Source of the DNA: Bacteroidota bacterium
Lineage (GTDB): Bacteria > Bacteroidota > Bacteroidia > Bacteroidales > GCA-2748055
Reading direction: 5' to 3'
DNA length: 48,528 nucleotides
Assembly: GCA_020047715.1 (NCBI GenBank)
Contig: JAIFNN010000009.1
Location: 1-48,528 of the forward strand
The notes beneath the pieces were generated by a model that was not told where the DNA came from, ran no database searches, and was given only the letters and a program-made list of their open reading frames with translations. Made by a program: the position numbers and the translations under genes. Below are positions 9,704-18,765 of this stretch, in pieces (positions within the stretch are counted from its first letter, which is position 1; each line of letters opens with the position of its first letter).

Positions 9704-11287
9704 TTATTTTATCATTGAAAGCCTTAATGGAGTGTTTTGCCACCGGGTTTCGAATTTAAAAACGATGTCTTCATTCTCTTTTATCTCGTTTTCATCGGCA
9801 ATAATGTAATAATAGCCCTTTCTGGGTTCACCCAATTCTCGCAGCAGGATTTCCCCGCTTTCCTTTGATATGTAAAAGCTTGTTTCGTGACTGCAGGCAG
9901 CAAGTCCCGCTATATAAACCCCTTTTCCCCTGCTTATCGCGCCTACTTTTTCAGCCTGTTGCTTTTGCAAAACGGCACGGGCGTCCACATGTCTTTCAGG
10001 AAGGGCAACAAGATTAAAACCAATGCGAAAAAGCAATAAGGAAACAATTGTGATTTCAAGACGGAAGCTTCTGAGAAAGTAATAAGCAAAGAGCACGATC
10101 ACCACAAAGACTGAACCCAAAATTGCCAGCCTTATCGGGTTGCTGAGAATGTTGAATTCATAAAAACCGGGGAACAACAAAGAAAGAGGAATCAAAAGCA
10201 AGAGGGAAAGGCCAAGAAGATTTTCGCTAAGGCTTGCCTGTTTGGGGATTTCTTTACGGAAATGAATGAATGCCACAACGCTGAGTAAAATCAATATGGG
10301 GTAGAGAGAAAAAATGTATCGGGGATACGACTCCACCGAAATCCAGTAAACCGGAATATTGAAGATGAAAACAAGGCTGAGGTACCTGAGAAATTCGTCT
10401 TCCCTGATTTTACGAAGAACTTTCCGGCTGAATAAAACGATAAGCAAAAGTGACCAGGGGAAAAGATGGTATAATTGCTCCACCGGGAAGGTGAAGAGAT
10501 GCAAAACGGTCTTGAGAAAACCATATTCCACAAAAGTTCTTTTAGCTGATTCGTCGAAAAGCGTGCTGAAATAAACCGTGTCGGGGTTTTGCTGAAACAC
10601 AAGGAAATAATACCCGGCAGGAATTGCAAAAAGCAGCAATAATCCGGCAACATGCTGCAGACTGAAAAGCTTTTTGAACCTTCCCCCGGAAATAAAAACA
10701 GCCAGTAAGGAGAACCCCTGAAAAAGCAGTGCGGGCAGTCCTTTCATTAAGAATGCAAGGGCGCAAATGAAATACGAAACCAGGAAAAGCCCCAGATATT
10801 GCTCCCGCTTATGAAATCTGAAGATGGCAATAAATCCCACAAAGACGAGCCAGGAAAAGGTGATGTCGATATAGCCGTTCATGGAATCGTAAAACAAAAT
10901 TCTTCCGCAGGTTATGAAAATCAGGGTGCTGAGAAATGCTGCGCGTGTGCCGTATTTTCTGTACAGAACAAGGAAAATTGTAAGGGCGAAAAGCAGCAGG
11001 GAGAGAACTGCCGGCAAACGAATAATAAATTCAGAGTGCGAATCGCTTATTTTATAGAAACCCAACAAGATCCAATTGTACAGAGGAGGCTTGTTAAAAT
11101 AGAAATCCCCGTTGATTGTGGGTGTCAGCAGGTTTTCAGAATACTCCATTTCCAAACTTACCAGCGCCCGCGTACCCTCGTCGCCGGAGATGGGCAATAA
11201 GCCGAGATTCGTGAACAGGGCAGGAAAGAGCAACAGAACGATCAGCAGGTAGAAAAATAACTGAAGCTTCGGGTTCGATTCTTTCAT
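9704..11287 (-). CDS. ArnT/PMT-family (GT39/GT83-type) GT-C glycosyltransferase
   Basis: The first-loop signature SGDEGTRALVSLEM...FYFNKPPLYNWIL is typical of ArnT/PMT_2 enzymes. About 12 TM segments plus a C-terminal soluble domain. Confidence 0.8.
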   Translation of the reverse strand: MKESNPKLQLFFYLLIVLLLFPALFTNLGLLPISGDEGTRALVSLEMEYSENLLTPTINGDFYFNKPPLYNWILLGFYKISDSHSEFIIRLPAVLSLLLFALTIFLVLYRKYGTRAAFLSTLIFITCGRILFYDSMNGYIDITFSWLVFVGFIAIFRFHKREQYLGLFLVSYFICALAFLMKGLPALLFQGFSLLAVFISGGRFKKLFSLQHVAGLLLLFAIPAGYYFLVFQQNPDTVYFSTLFDESAKRTFVEYGFLKTVLHLFTFPVEQLYHLFPWSLLLIVLFSRKVLRKIREDEFLRYLSLVFIFNIPVYWISVESYPRYIFSLYPILILLSVVAFIHFRKEIPKQASLSENLLGLSLLLLIPLSLLFPGFYEFNILSNPIRLAILGSVFVVIVLFAYYFLRSFRLEITIVSLLLFRIGFNLVALPERHVDARAVLQKQQAEKVGAISRGKGVYIAGLAACSHETSFYISKESGEILLRELGEPRKGYYYIIADENEIKENEDIVFKFETRWQNTPLRLSMIK

Positions 11288-11357
11288 GCTGTGGGTCGTG
11301 GTTTTCCGTTAGATCAACGTGAAAATACGAATTTAATTTTGTCGCAAGAGGCAAATA

Positions 11358-12527
11358 TTATTTTCTGCCGATGGGCTGGGCAAACAACTGAACGTCCTTC
11401 CCGGTTATCTCCTTGTCGCATAGAATAATCAGACGCTCTAGCACATTCCTGAATTCCCGGATGTTACCCGTCCAGTTAATCCCCTGAAGAGCTGCGACCG
11501 CATCGGATGTTATGGTTTTCAATTGCATGCCGTATTCGCTGCAGATAATCTCGTTAAAGTATTGGCACAGCAAAGGAATGTCTTCAATCCTTTCATTGAG
11601 GGAGGGGACGCGAATGAGTATCACGCTCAATCGGTGGTACAGGTCCTCACGAAACTGGTTTCGGTCGATTTCGTCCTTGAGGTTTTTGTTGGTTGCGGCA
11701 ACAATTCTGACATTTACAGTGATATCGCTGTCGGAGCCTACCCGGGTGATTTTATGTTCCTGCAGGGCGCGAAGCACTTTTGCCTGTGCGGAAAGGCTCA
11801 TGTCGCCAATCTCGTCCAAAAACAAAGTTCCTCCATCAGCCTGTTCGAACTTTCCTTTTCTTTGTTTAATAGCTGAGGTGAAAGCTCCTTTCTCGTGGCC
11901 AAAGAGTTCGCTTTCGATAAGTTCGGAAGGAATGGCGGCGCAATTCACCTCTACAAAGGGATGGGAGGAGCGCTCGCTTTTCTCGTGCAGCCATCGCGCA
12001 ACAAGTTCCTTCCCGGTCCCGTTGTCGCCTGTGATGAGCACCCGGGCATCGGTGGGAGCAACTTTTTCGATCATCTCCTTCACCTGGAGAATAGCGGGCG
12101 ATTCCCCGACCATTTCAAGAGTTTTGCTAACCTTCTTTTTAAGTACTGTTGTTTCGGTTATGAGGCTCGATTTGTCGAGAGCGTTGCGTATGGTTATAAG
12201 CAAGCGATTAAGGTCCAGAGGCTTCTGAATGAAATCATAAGCACCTAGTTTGATAGCCTGCACAGCGTTTTCAACGTTGCCATGCCCCGAAATCATTATG
12301 ACCTGGGCATCGGTGGAAAGCGCGAAGATTTTTTCAAGCACTTCGAGTCCGTCCATTTCCGGCATTTTGATATCGCATAAAACGATGTCGTATTTTTTTT
12401 GAGCAAACATTTCAATACCTGTCGGGCCTCCTTCAGCAAGATCCACCTCATGGCTTTCGTATTGCAGAATCTCCTGAAGAGTTGTTCTTATGCTTCTTTC
12501 ATCGTCTATTACAAGAATTTTTGCCAT
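11358..12527 (-). CDS. sigma-54-dependent response regulator (REC + AAA+), apparently lacking a C-terminal HTH
   Basis: REC domain (KILVIDDE ... CDIKMPEMDG). Walker A GDNGTGKE, sigma-54 contact loop GAFTSA, Walker B TLFLDEIGDM. The protein ends about 20 aa after NIREFRNVLERL. I place the start at ATG 12527 (MAKILVIDDE) rather than the ORF-track 12560, which removes the overlap with ppx. Confidence 0.85.
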   Translation of the reverse strand: MAKILVIDDERSIRTTLQEILQYESHEVDLAEGGPTGIEMFAQKKYDIVLCDIKMPEMDGLEVLEKIFALSTDAQVIMISGHGNVENAVQAIKLGAYDFIQKPLDLNRLLITIRNALDKSSLITETTVLKKKVSKTLEMVGESPAILQVKEMIEKVAPTDARVLITGDNGTGKELVARWLHEKSERSSHPFVEVNCAAIPSELIESELFGHEKGAFTSAIKQRKGKFEQADGGTLFLDEIGDMSLSAQAKVLRALQEHKITRVGSDSDITVNVRIVAATNKNLKDEIDRNQFREDLYHRLSVILIRVPSLNERIEDIPLLCQYFNEIICSEYGMQLKTITSDAVAALQGINWTGNIREFRNVLERLIILCDKEITGKDVQLFAQPIGRK

Positions 12528-12537
12528 GGAGGTTTTT

Positions 12538-13488
12538 TCAAAGGTTAAGTATCTCTGCAATCACACCTTCTTTTAATGCGTAATCGGATTGGATTATTTT
12601 CTTTATGCCGCATTCTTCCATGGTTACATAGATAAAGATGCTGGCCAGCACTATCATTTCCACTCTCACCGGCTCCATTCCCTGCATGACTTTTCTTTCT
12701 TCCAGAGTCGATTTCAAAAGAATTTCGTGAAGCGAGAGGAAATCCTCATACTCAATAGTTCTCACAGGTTCACTGCTTTTAAAATATCTGCCGGGATACC
12801 TGTGCTGCAGGATGGCCGAAATGGTTTCAAAGGAACCGGAGGCCCCCAAAAGCACGCTGGGTTTAAACTCTTTAACAGCAGCAAACAACTCCTTTAATTC
12901 TGTTTTCAAATAGGCAGTGAGCTTCTCTACCTCCAGGTGGGATATGGGATTCGAGGGATTGAATGTTTCCAGCAGCCGTGCCATGCCCAGATTGAAGCTG
13001 TGCTTCCAGAATATCTCCTTTTTGTTTGCAATGATAAACTCGTTGCTGCCTCCGCCGATATCGAGAATAAGAACCGGGTTGGTGTCCATGTTTAAGGAAA
13101 GACGTACACCACGGTAAATCATTTCCGCTTCTCTTTCTCCGGGGATGATCAAAACATAGATATCAAATTTCTCCTGCACGGCATGGATAAAATCCTTACC
13201 GTTGGATGCATCGCGAATTGCCGAAGTGGCGAAGGCGTAAACCTTCGAAACAGCAAATTCTTTTACCCTGTCGAGATGCCTCTCGATGGCGGTAAGGCCT
13301 CTTTTGAAGGCCTCTGGGGTGATTATCTTTTTTGTGATGCCACCTTCTCCAAGTTTCACAGCCTCTTTGGAGGTGTGAAGCACATGAAGTTTGTTCTCCG
13401 CACTGACTTCAGTGATGAGCAGGTTGAAGGTGTTCGTCCCGAAATCAAGGATTGCAACTCGTGTGGGTTCAGAATTAAGTGGGTACAT
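12538..13488 (-). CDS. Ppx/GppA-family phosphatase (short form, no HD domain)
   Basis: ASKHA-fold motifs VAILDFGTNTFNLLI and ILDIGGGSNEF. 316 aa. Confidence 0.85.
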   Translation of the reverse strand: MYPLNSEPTRVAILDFGTNTFNLLITEVSAENKLHVLHTSKEAVKLGEGGITKKIITPEAFKRGLTAIERHLDRVKEFAVSKVYAFATSAIRDASNGKDFIHAVQEKFDIYVLIIPGEREAEMIYRGVRLSLNMDTNPVLILDIGGGSNEFIIANKKEIFWKHSFNLGMARLLETFNPSNPISHLEVEKLTAYLKTELKELFAAVKEFKPSVLLGASGSFETISAILQHRYPGRYFKSSEPVRTIEYEDFLSLHEILLKSTLEERKVMQGMEPVRVEMIVLASIFIYVTMEECGIKKIIQSDYALKEGVIAEILNL

Positions 13489-13493
13489 TGTTT

Positions 13494-14840
13494 CTAATTT
13501 TTATATCTCAGCCATTTCCACAGCTCTTTGTAGGAGGCTTTTTTGCCGTACATAAGGATGCCTGTACGGTAGATTTTTCCTGCCATCCAGGTGGAGCCAA
13601 TAAAGGTAAGGATAAGAATCGCTGCCGAGAGAGCAATCTCCCATGCTGCAGGGTGAAAAGGTATTCTAACCATCATTACCACGGGGGAGGTAAGAGGAAT
13701 CATGCTGAACCAGAACGCCAACGAACCTTCAGGGTTGTTGATGGTGTTGATCATCACAAATATTGCAATAATCAGAGGTAAGGTAACGGGGAGCATAAAT
13801 TGCTGCGTGTCTGCTTCATTGTCGACCGCCGATCCTATTATGGCAAAGAACGAAGCGTATAGGAGATATCCCCCGATAAAAAAGAAAAGAAACATTCCTA
13901 AAATGAGGATGAAGTTAACATCTCCCAGAGAGGCGAATATTTCCTCCAGAATCTGGGGCTCCGGCTCTGCAAAGGGCAAAGCAGAGGTGTCAAGTTGCTG
14001 GCTGTTCATGATTTCCTGGGAAAAAACCTGCTCTGTCGGAGTTTTTGAGAGCTCAGGGAACAACACCTTTTGAACTCCCCCGATAAAAACAACCGTAAGC
14101 AAAATCCAGAGCACAAACTGCGTAAGTCCTACCAGTCCGACGCCTATAATTTTCCCCATCATAAGCTGAAAGGGCTTAACCGAGGAAACGATGACTTCAA
14201 CAATGCGATTGGTTTTTTCTTCGATAACCCCTCTCATAACCTGTGAGCCGAAAAGGAATATGAAAAAGTAAATAAGCATGCCGCTGCCATAGCCAATGCC
14301 CATAGCAAGACCGGTGTTGCTCTCTTTTTCCTTTCCATCCTCGCTCCAGGTAATGCTTCGGAGGTTAATGTTTGTCTTGATGGATTCCAGAATCTTATCC
14401 AGGTTTTCTATGTTGTTGGCTTTAAGCTTCTCGTTTTCAATTTCTTTCTCAATGGCGTTTTTTATATGCATGGTAACCGTCATGCTGGGCTGCTTGCTCG
14501 AATACAATATTGTGGTGTTGGATGCCAGAATGTTATGGGGAATGAAAAGAATAGCGCTGTATCCCGAAAACTCGAAATTGTCCTGGAGTTCCTTAAGGCT
14601 TGTGCCTTCGGGATAATCGAACTTTATGTATTGGGTTTCGGGCAATACCTTGTAAAAGATGTTCGTGCTATCAACAACCGCAATGGTTCTTACCTCGGTG
14701 TCCTCCATGGTTGCAAACCAAGCGGGGAGAACCATAAAAGCGGCGAAAAGTACCGGCCCCAGAACGGTCATGATAAGAAACGATTTCTTGCGTACCCTTG
14801 TCAGGTACTCTCTCTGAATTATGAGTATTATTTTATGCAT
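13494..14840 (-). CDS. ABC-2 (NatB-like) transporter permease
   Basis: One N-terminal TM, a large extracytoplasmic loop, then 5 C-terminal TMs. Follows the ATPase gene. Start set to ATG 14840 (MHKIILIIQREYL), which avoids overlap with the ATPase stop at 14851. Confidence 0.8.
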   Translation of the reverse strand: MHKIILIIQREYLTRVRKKSFLIMTVLGPVLFAAFMVLPAWFATMEDTEVRTIAVVDSTNIFYKVLPETQYIKFDYPEGTSLKELQDNFEFSGYSAILFIPHNILASNTTILYSSKQPSMTVTMHIKNAIEKEIENEKLKANNIENLDKILESIKTNINLRSITWSEDGKEKESNTGLAMGIGYGSGMLIYFFIFLFGSQVMRGVIEEKTNRIVEVIVSSVKPFQLMMGKIIGVGLVGLTQFVLWILLTVVFIGGVQKVLFPELSKTPTEQVFSQEIMNSQQLDTSALPFAEPEPQILEEIFASLGDVNFILILGMFLFFFIGGYLLYASFFAIIGSAVDNEADTQQFMLPVTLPLIIAIFVMINTINNPEGSLAFWFSMIPLTSPVVMMVRIPFHPAAWEIALSAAILILTFIGSTWMAGKIYRTGILMYGKKASYKELWKWLRYKN

Positions 14841-14850
14841 CAGATGAAGT

Positions 14851-15786
14851 TTAAGCTTTGGAGTTTTTCTTGTTGGTTTCTTCCACAACACGTATAAAAA
14901 CATCATTCATCGAAGGTATAAGCTCGTTGAACGACACGATGTTTACAAGGGGGATAAGCTCCTTGAGAAGCCGGTTGTCCGCATCTTCGGTTTGGGTTTT
15001 GATGCTGGCGAAATTCACATGGTTTTCCGAGATATTTGTTAATACCTCGTACGATGCGCCCAAGCCTGACTGTAGCTTTTCGGGGTTGCCCAGATAACTC
15101 AGTTCATAAACATTGGTGCGGTAGTTTTTCTTAATATCGTAAATTTGGCCTTCGAGAATCACTTCGGATTTGTTAATCAGGCTGATATGATCGCAAAGCT
15201 CTTCCACCGAACTCATGTTGTGGGTTGAGAAAATTATCGTGGATCCTTTTCTTTTGAGTTCAAGAATTTCGTTTTTGAGCAGGTTTGCATTTATGGGGTC
15301 GAAACCGCTGAAAGGCTCATCAAAGATGAGAAGTTTTGGCTCGTGCAGAATGGTGGTCACAAACTGGACTTTCTGCTGCATGCCTTTGGAGAGCTCTTCT
15401 ACTTTTTTGTTCCACCATTCGGTCATCTCGAACTTCTCGAACCAGTACTTGAGCTTTTTCAGGGCGTCGTGCTTTGACATTCCTTTGAGCTGAGCGAGGT
15501 AAAGCGCCTGCTCGCCAACCTTCATTTTCTTGTAGAGGCCTCTTTCCTCGGGAAGGTAGCCAATACTGTGGGTGTCGTTGGAGGTCATTTTTCTTCCCTC
15601 GTAGAACAACTCGCCTGAGTCGGGGGCCGTTATCTGGTTGATAATGCGAATAAGGGTTGTTTTTCCCGCCCCGTTTGGGCCTAACAAACCAAAGATGGTG
15701 TTTTCCGGGACTGATATCGAAACCTTGTTGAGAGCAAGATGGTTTGAAAATTCCTTAACTACATTTTTTGCCTGAAATAGATCCAT
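14851..15786 (-). CDS. ABC transporter ATP-binding protein (NatA-like)
   Basis: Walker A GPNGAGKTT, signature LSKGMQQKV, Walker B LLIFDEPFSGFDP, H-loop FSTHNM. Confidence 0.92.
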   Translation of the reverse strand: MDLFQAKNVVKEFSNHLALNKVSISVPENTIFGLLGPNGAGKTTLIRIINQITAPDSGELFYEGRKMTSNDTHSIGYLPEERGLYKKMKVGEQALYLAQLKGMSKHDALKKLKYWFEKFEMTEWWNKKVEELSKGMQQKVQFVTTILHEPKLLIFDEPFSGFDPINANLLKNEILELKRKGSTIIFSTHNMSSVEELCDHISLINKSEVILEGQIYDIKKNYRTNVYELSYLGNPEKLQSGLGASYEVLTNISENHVNFASIKTQTEDADNRLLKELIPLVNIVSFNELIPSMNDVFIRVVEETNKKNSKA

Positions 15787-15798
15787 TATCTGAAAGTT

Positions 15799-16950
15799 TT
15801 ATTCGAAAAGATTTCTCATGCGATCGAAGAAGGTCTTGTCGTTTTTGTCGGGATTTGGAATAAAGTTAGATGATTCTTTGAGTTTTTCAAAGAGTTTGTA
15901 TTCATCTTTGTTCAAACTTCTTGGAATCCAGACGCTTATGGATACTAAAAGATCGCCTTTACCATAGCCGTTAACATCGGGAACGCCTTTGCCACGGATT
16001 CTGAGTATTTTTCCGGGTTGGGTTCCGGGATCGATTTTTATTTTTATTTTACCTTCAATGGTGGGTATTTCAACGGTTGTGCCCGTAACAGCGTCGGGTA
16101 TGGTAAGATACATATTGTAAAGCAAGTCGTTTCCGTCGCGAATAAGTTCAGGGTGCGGCTCTTCGGTGATGAGAACCAAAAGGTCGCCGTTTACTCCGCC
16201 TCTTCGGGCAGCATTTCCTTTACCCGATACTTTTAGCTGCATTCCCTCGGCCACTCCGGCCGGTATGGAAAAGGCAATGGTTTCTTCCTTGCTCACGATA
16301 CCCTCGCCATAGCAGGTGTTGCATTTGCTGGAAATAATGCGCCCTTCGCCGCTGCATGTAGGACAGGTCTGGGTTGTTTGCATGGCGCCCAGAAAAGTGT
16401 TTGTAACCCGGGTGACCTGTCCGTTGCCGTTACAGGTTGTGCACGTGTTGTAGGAACTGCCGTGTTTGGCTCCGGTGCCGCTGCAATCTTCGCAGGAAAC
16501 ATATTTTTTTACTTTGATCTTTTTCTCGACCCCTTTGGAGACCTCGTCAAGAGTTAACTTCACCTTTACACGGAGATTGGCTCCTTTGTTCTGGCGGTGC
16601 TGGCCCTGACGGCTCCCTCCAAATCCGCCGAAACTTCCGAATCCCCCGAAAATATCCCCGAAATGCTCGAAAATGTCATCAACGGTCATGCCTCCTCCGG
16701 AATAACCACCCGAACCGCCACCGTTACTAAAGGCGGCATGCCCATATTGATCGTATTTTGCTTTTTTCTGGGGATTGGAGAGAACATCATAAGCCTCAGC
16801 CGCCTCCTTGAATTTATTCTCGGCCTCTTTGTTATCCGGATTCTTATCGGGATGGTACATAAGAGCCATCTTGCGGTAGGCCTTTTTGATTTCCTCCGCA
16901 CTAGCTCCTTTGGAGACTTCCAAAACTTCGTAATAATCTCTTTTCGCCAT
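15799..16950 (-). CDS. dnaJ: chaperone DnaJ
   Basis: J domain with HPD (YHPDKNP), a G/F-rich linker, and four CxxCxGxG zinc-finger repeats ([32 protein letters not shown]). Confidence 0.96.
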   Translation of the reverse strand: MAKRDYYEVLEVSKGASAEEIKKAYRKMALMYHPDKNPDNKEAENKFKEAAEAYDVLSNPQKKAKYDQYGHAAFSNGGGSGGYSGGGMTVDDIFEHFGDIFGGFGSFGGFGGSRQGQHRQNKGANLRVKVKLTLDEVSKGVEKKIKVKKYVSCEDCSGTGAKHGSSYNTCTTCNGNGQVTRVTNTFLGAMQTTQTCPTCSGEGRIISSKCNTCYGEGIVSKEETIAFSIPAGVAEGMQLKVSGKGNAARRGGVNGDLLVLITEEPHPELIRDGNDLLYNMYLTIPDAVTGTTVEIPTIEGKIKIKIDPGTQPGKILRIRGKGVPDVNGYGKGDLLVSISVWIPRSLNKDEYKLFEKLKESSNFIPNPDKNDKTFFDRMRNLFE

Positions 16951-16965
16951 AAGTTATTTGCTCAA

Positions 16966-17547
16966 TTATTCCCCGATAACAACTTTCGAAAAACGCAGAA
17001 TCTTGTCATGTAAATAATACCCTTTTTGCACAACGTCTACCACTTTGCCTTTTAACTCTTCACTTGGAGCAGGTATTTTAGTAATAGCTTCATGCAAATC
17101 CGTGTTGAATTCCAAATTCAAAGACTCGATTTCTTTTATACCCAGCTGGGTGAGAGTTTCTTTTAACTTGTTATATATTAATGTGATGCCGTCTTTTACA
17201 GCCTCAATATCCTTGGATGTCTGCATCGCTGCCATGGCCCGCTCAAAGTCGTCGAGAACAGGAAGAACCTTGATGATTGTATCTTCGCCAGCGGTTTTCA
17301 GCAAATCGGACTTCTCCTTCAAAGTGCGTTTCCGGTAATTGTCAAATTCGGCCGATAAGCGCAGGTATTTGTCCTGGCTCTCGTTATATTTCTGCTCTTC
17401 AAGAGCAATTTGTGACTTGAGGATTTCAATTTCCTCATCAGGGGTTTTCCCGGCTGCAGGTTTATGTTTCTGACTCTTGCTCTGTTGCTTATCTTTATGG
17501 GTTTCTGTCTGATTTTCTTTTACCTCGGAATTATCTTTTCTTGCCAT
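16966..17547 (-). CDS. grpE: nucleotide exchange factor GrpE
   Basis: RLSAEFDNYRKRT motif, an N-terminal charged coiled region, and position directly upstream of dnaJ. Confidence 0.93.
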   Translation of the reverse strand: MARKDNSEVKENQTETHKDKQQSKSQKHKPAAGKTPDEEIEILKSQIALEEQKYNESQDKYLRLSAEFDNYRKRTLKEKSDLLKTAGEDTIIKVLPVLDDFERAMAAMQTSKDIEAVKDGITLIYNKLKETLTQLGIKEIESLNLEFNTDLHEAITKIPAPSEELKGKVVDVVQKGYYLHDKILRFSKVVIGE

Positions 17548-17607
17548 TCTGCTTTTATTTTAGGTTGACGCGAGGAATGCAACAAATAGTTTGCCAATTA
17601 TTGGATA

Positions 17608-17889
17608 ATGGACAAATTGACAGAAATGAACTCTGTTTCTTTCAAATGTGACAGTTTTAGTGTGTTTATTATTTTATTTCAATTTGCAATTATTGGCGAG
17701 GCAATTATTCATATTAATAATGAAATCCTTTCAAGATATACCTATCCATGGCATAAAATAAGGGGATTTCGAAATTTTATTTTACATGAATATCATGCAA
17801 TTGAAGGTGTGATCATCTGGGATGCTATTCAGTATGATCTTGAGGAATTAAAAAAGGTATTGGAAGAGATTGTGGAAAAAGAATTTTGA
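17608..17889 (+). CDS. HepT-like HEPN (DUF86) protein, N-terminally short and without an MNT partner
   Basis: IIGEA motif and the R-x4-H-x-Y HEPN motif RNFILHEY. 93 aa, against my recollection of roughly 110-140 aa for typical DUF86 proteins. Confidence 0.7.
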   Translation: MDKLTEMNSVSFKCDSFSVFIILFQFAIIGEAIIHINNEILSRYTYPWHKIRGFRNFILHEYHAIEGVIIWDAIQYDLEELKKVLEEIVEKEF

Positions 17890-17994
17890 AAATTGTTGTC
17901 TCAGAGCTAAAAACTACAGGATTTTTATTTCCCGAATGAAAGTTGTTTGGATTATGATTTTTCTAATTCAATCTTAGCAGTTCTATGTGTTAAT

Positions 17995-18039
17995 TCTGTG
18001 TATTTCTGTGTAATAAAAACTTACACGGAAATACACAGA
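17995..18039. terminator. 19-bp inverted repeat (one G-T wobble) with a 7-nt spacer; possible terminator between the HepT and tlpA-like genes
   Basis: tctgtgtatttctgtgtaa / ttacacggaaatacacaga. There is no clear U-tract on either strand, so terminator function is uncertain. Confidence 0.35.
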
Positions 18040-18067
18040 GATTAAAAAAGAGTTATACGGAGTTGTT

Positions 18068-18652
18068 TTACTTCAGCAATTCAGTCAGCTTGGCACTCAA
18101 AGCAGAACCACGCAAATTAGTTGCCACAATAACCCCGTTTCCGTCAATCAGAAAACTTGCAGGAATAGATCTTACCTGGTACATAGCAGCAGGTACAGAC
18201 TGCCATCCTTTTAGATCGCTTACATGGTAAGCCCATGACAGATTATCGGATTTAATGGCGGCAACCCATTTTTCTTTCTGCTGATCGAGTGAAACACTGT
18301 AAATTGTAAAGCCTTTGCCGGTTTTGAAATCGGAATTTTTAAACTGGTTGTAAGTACTTACCAGGTTTGGGTTTTCAGCGCGACAGGGAGGACACCATGC
18401 TGCCCAGAAATCGATGAGTACCACCTGACCCTTGAGGGAGGAAAGTTTGATCATTTTTCCATCGGGGGATGTGTACTCCAACTCAGGGGCTCTGCTTCCA
18501 ACAGTTAAGCCCACTGGAACGTCGGTGGGTGTGTTTGAAGATTCAACGCTGGCAACGGTTGCTTCTTTAATAGGGTCGTTCTGCACAGAGGTGCAATTAG
18601 CCGTGGCGAATGCAACAGCCATAAGTGTCAAAAGGATTACTGTATTCTTCAT
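18068..18652 (-). CDS. TlpA/ResA-like thiol-disulfide oxidoreductase, probable lipoprotein
   Basis: Signal peptide ending AFATANC (lipobox-like). Thioredoxin active site WAAWCPPC. Confidence 0.88.
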   Translation of the reverse strand: MKNTVILLTLMAVAFATANCTSVQNDPIKEATVASVESSNTPTDVPVGLTVGSRAPELEYTSPDGKMIKLSSLKGQVVLIDFWAAWCPPCRAENPNLVSTYNQFKNSDFKTGKGFTIYSVSLDQQKEKWVAAIKSDNLSWAYHVSDLKGWQSVPAAMYQVRSIPASFLIDGNGVIVATNLRGSALSAKLTELLK

Positions 18653-18765
18653 AATGGTAAATGTTAATATCTAGATATGTAAATTTGTGCAAAGATAAGT
18701 ATATTTTTTTCTATTTGTTGTTAATGAAATATTAAAAGCTGACTTTTTATATTGGTTTTTTTTTA

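Noticed and set aside
11288-11357. A sigma-54 (-24/-12) promoter between the sigma-54 activator gene and the ArnT-like gene.
   Set aside because: No TGGCAC-N5-TTGC-like element is present. There are only two TTGC words and no upstream GG element.
15799-17547. grpE-dnaJ without dnaK as an anomaly.
   Set aside because: Separation of dnaK from grpE-dnaJ is common in Bacteroidota, and both genes look intact.
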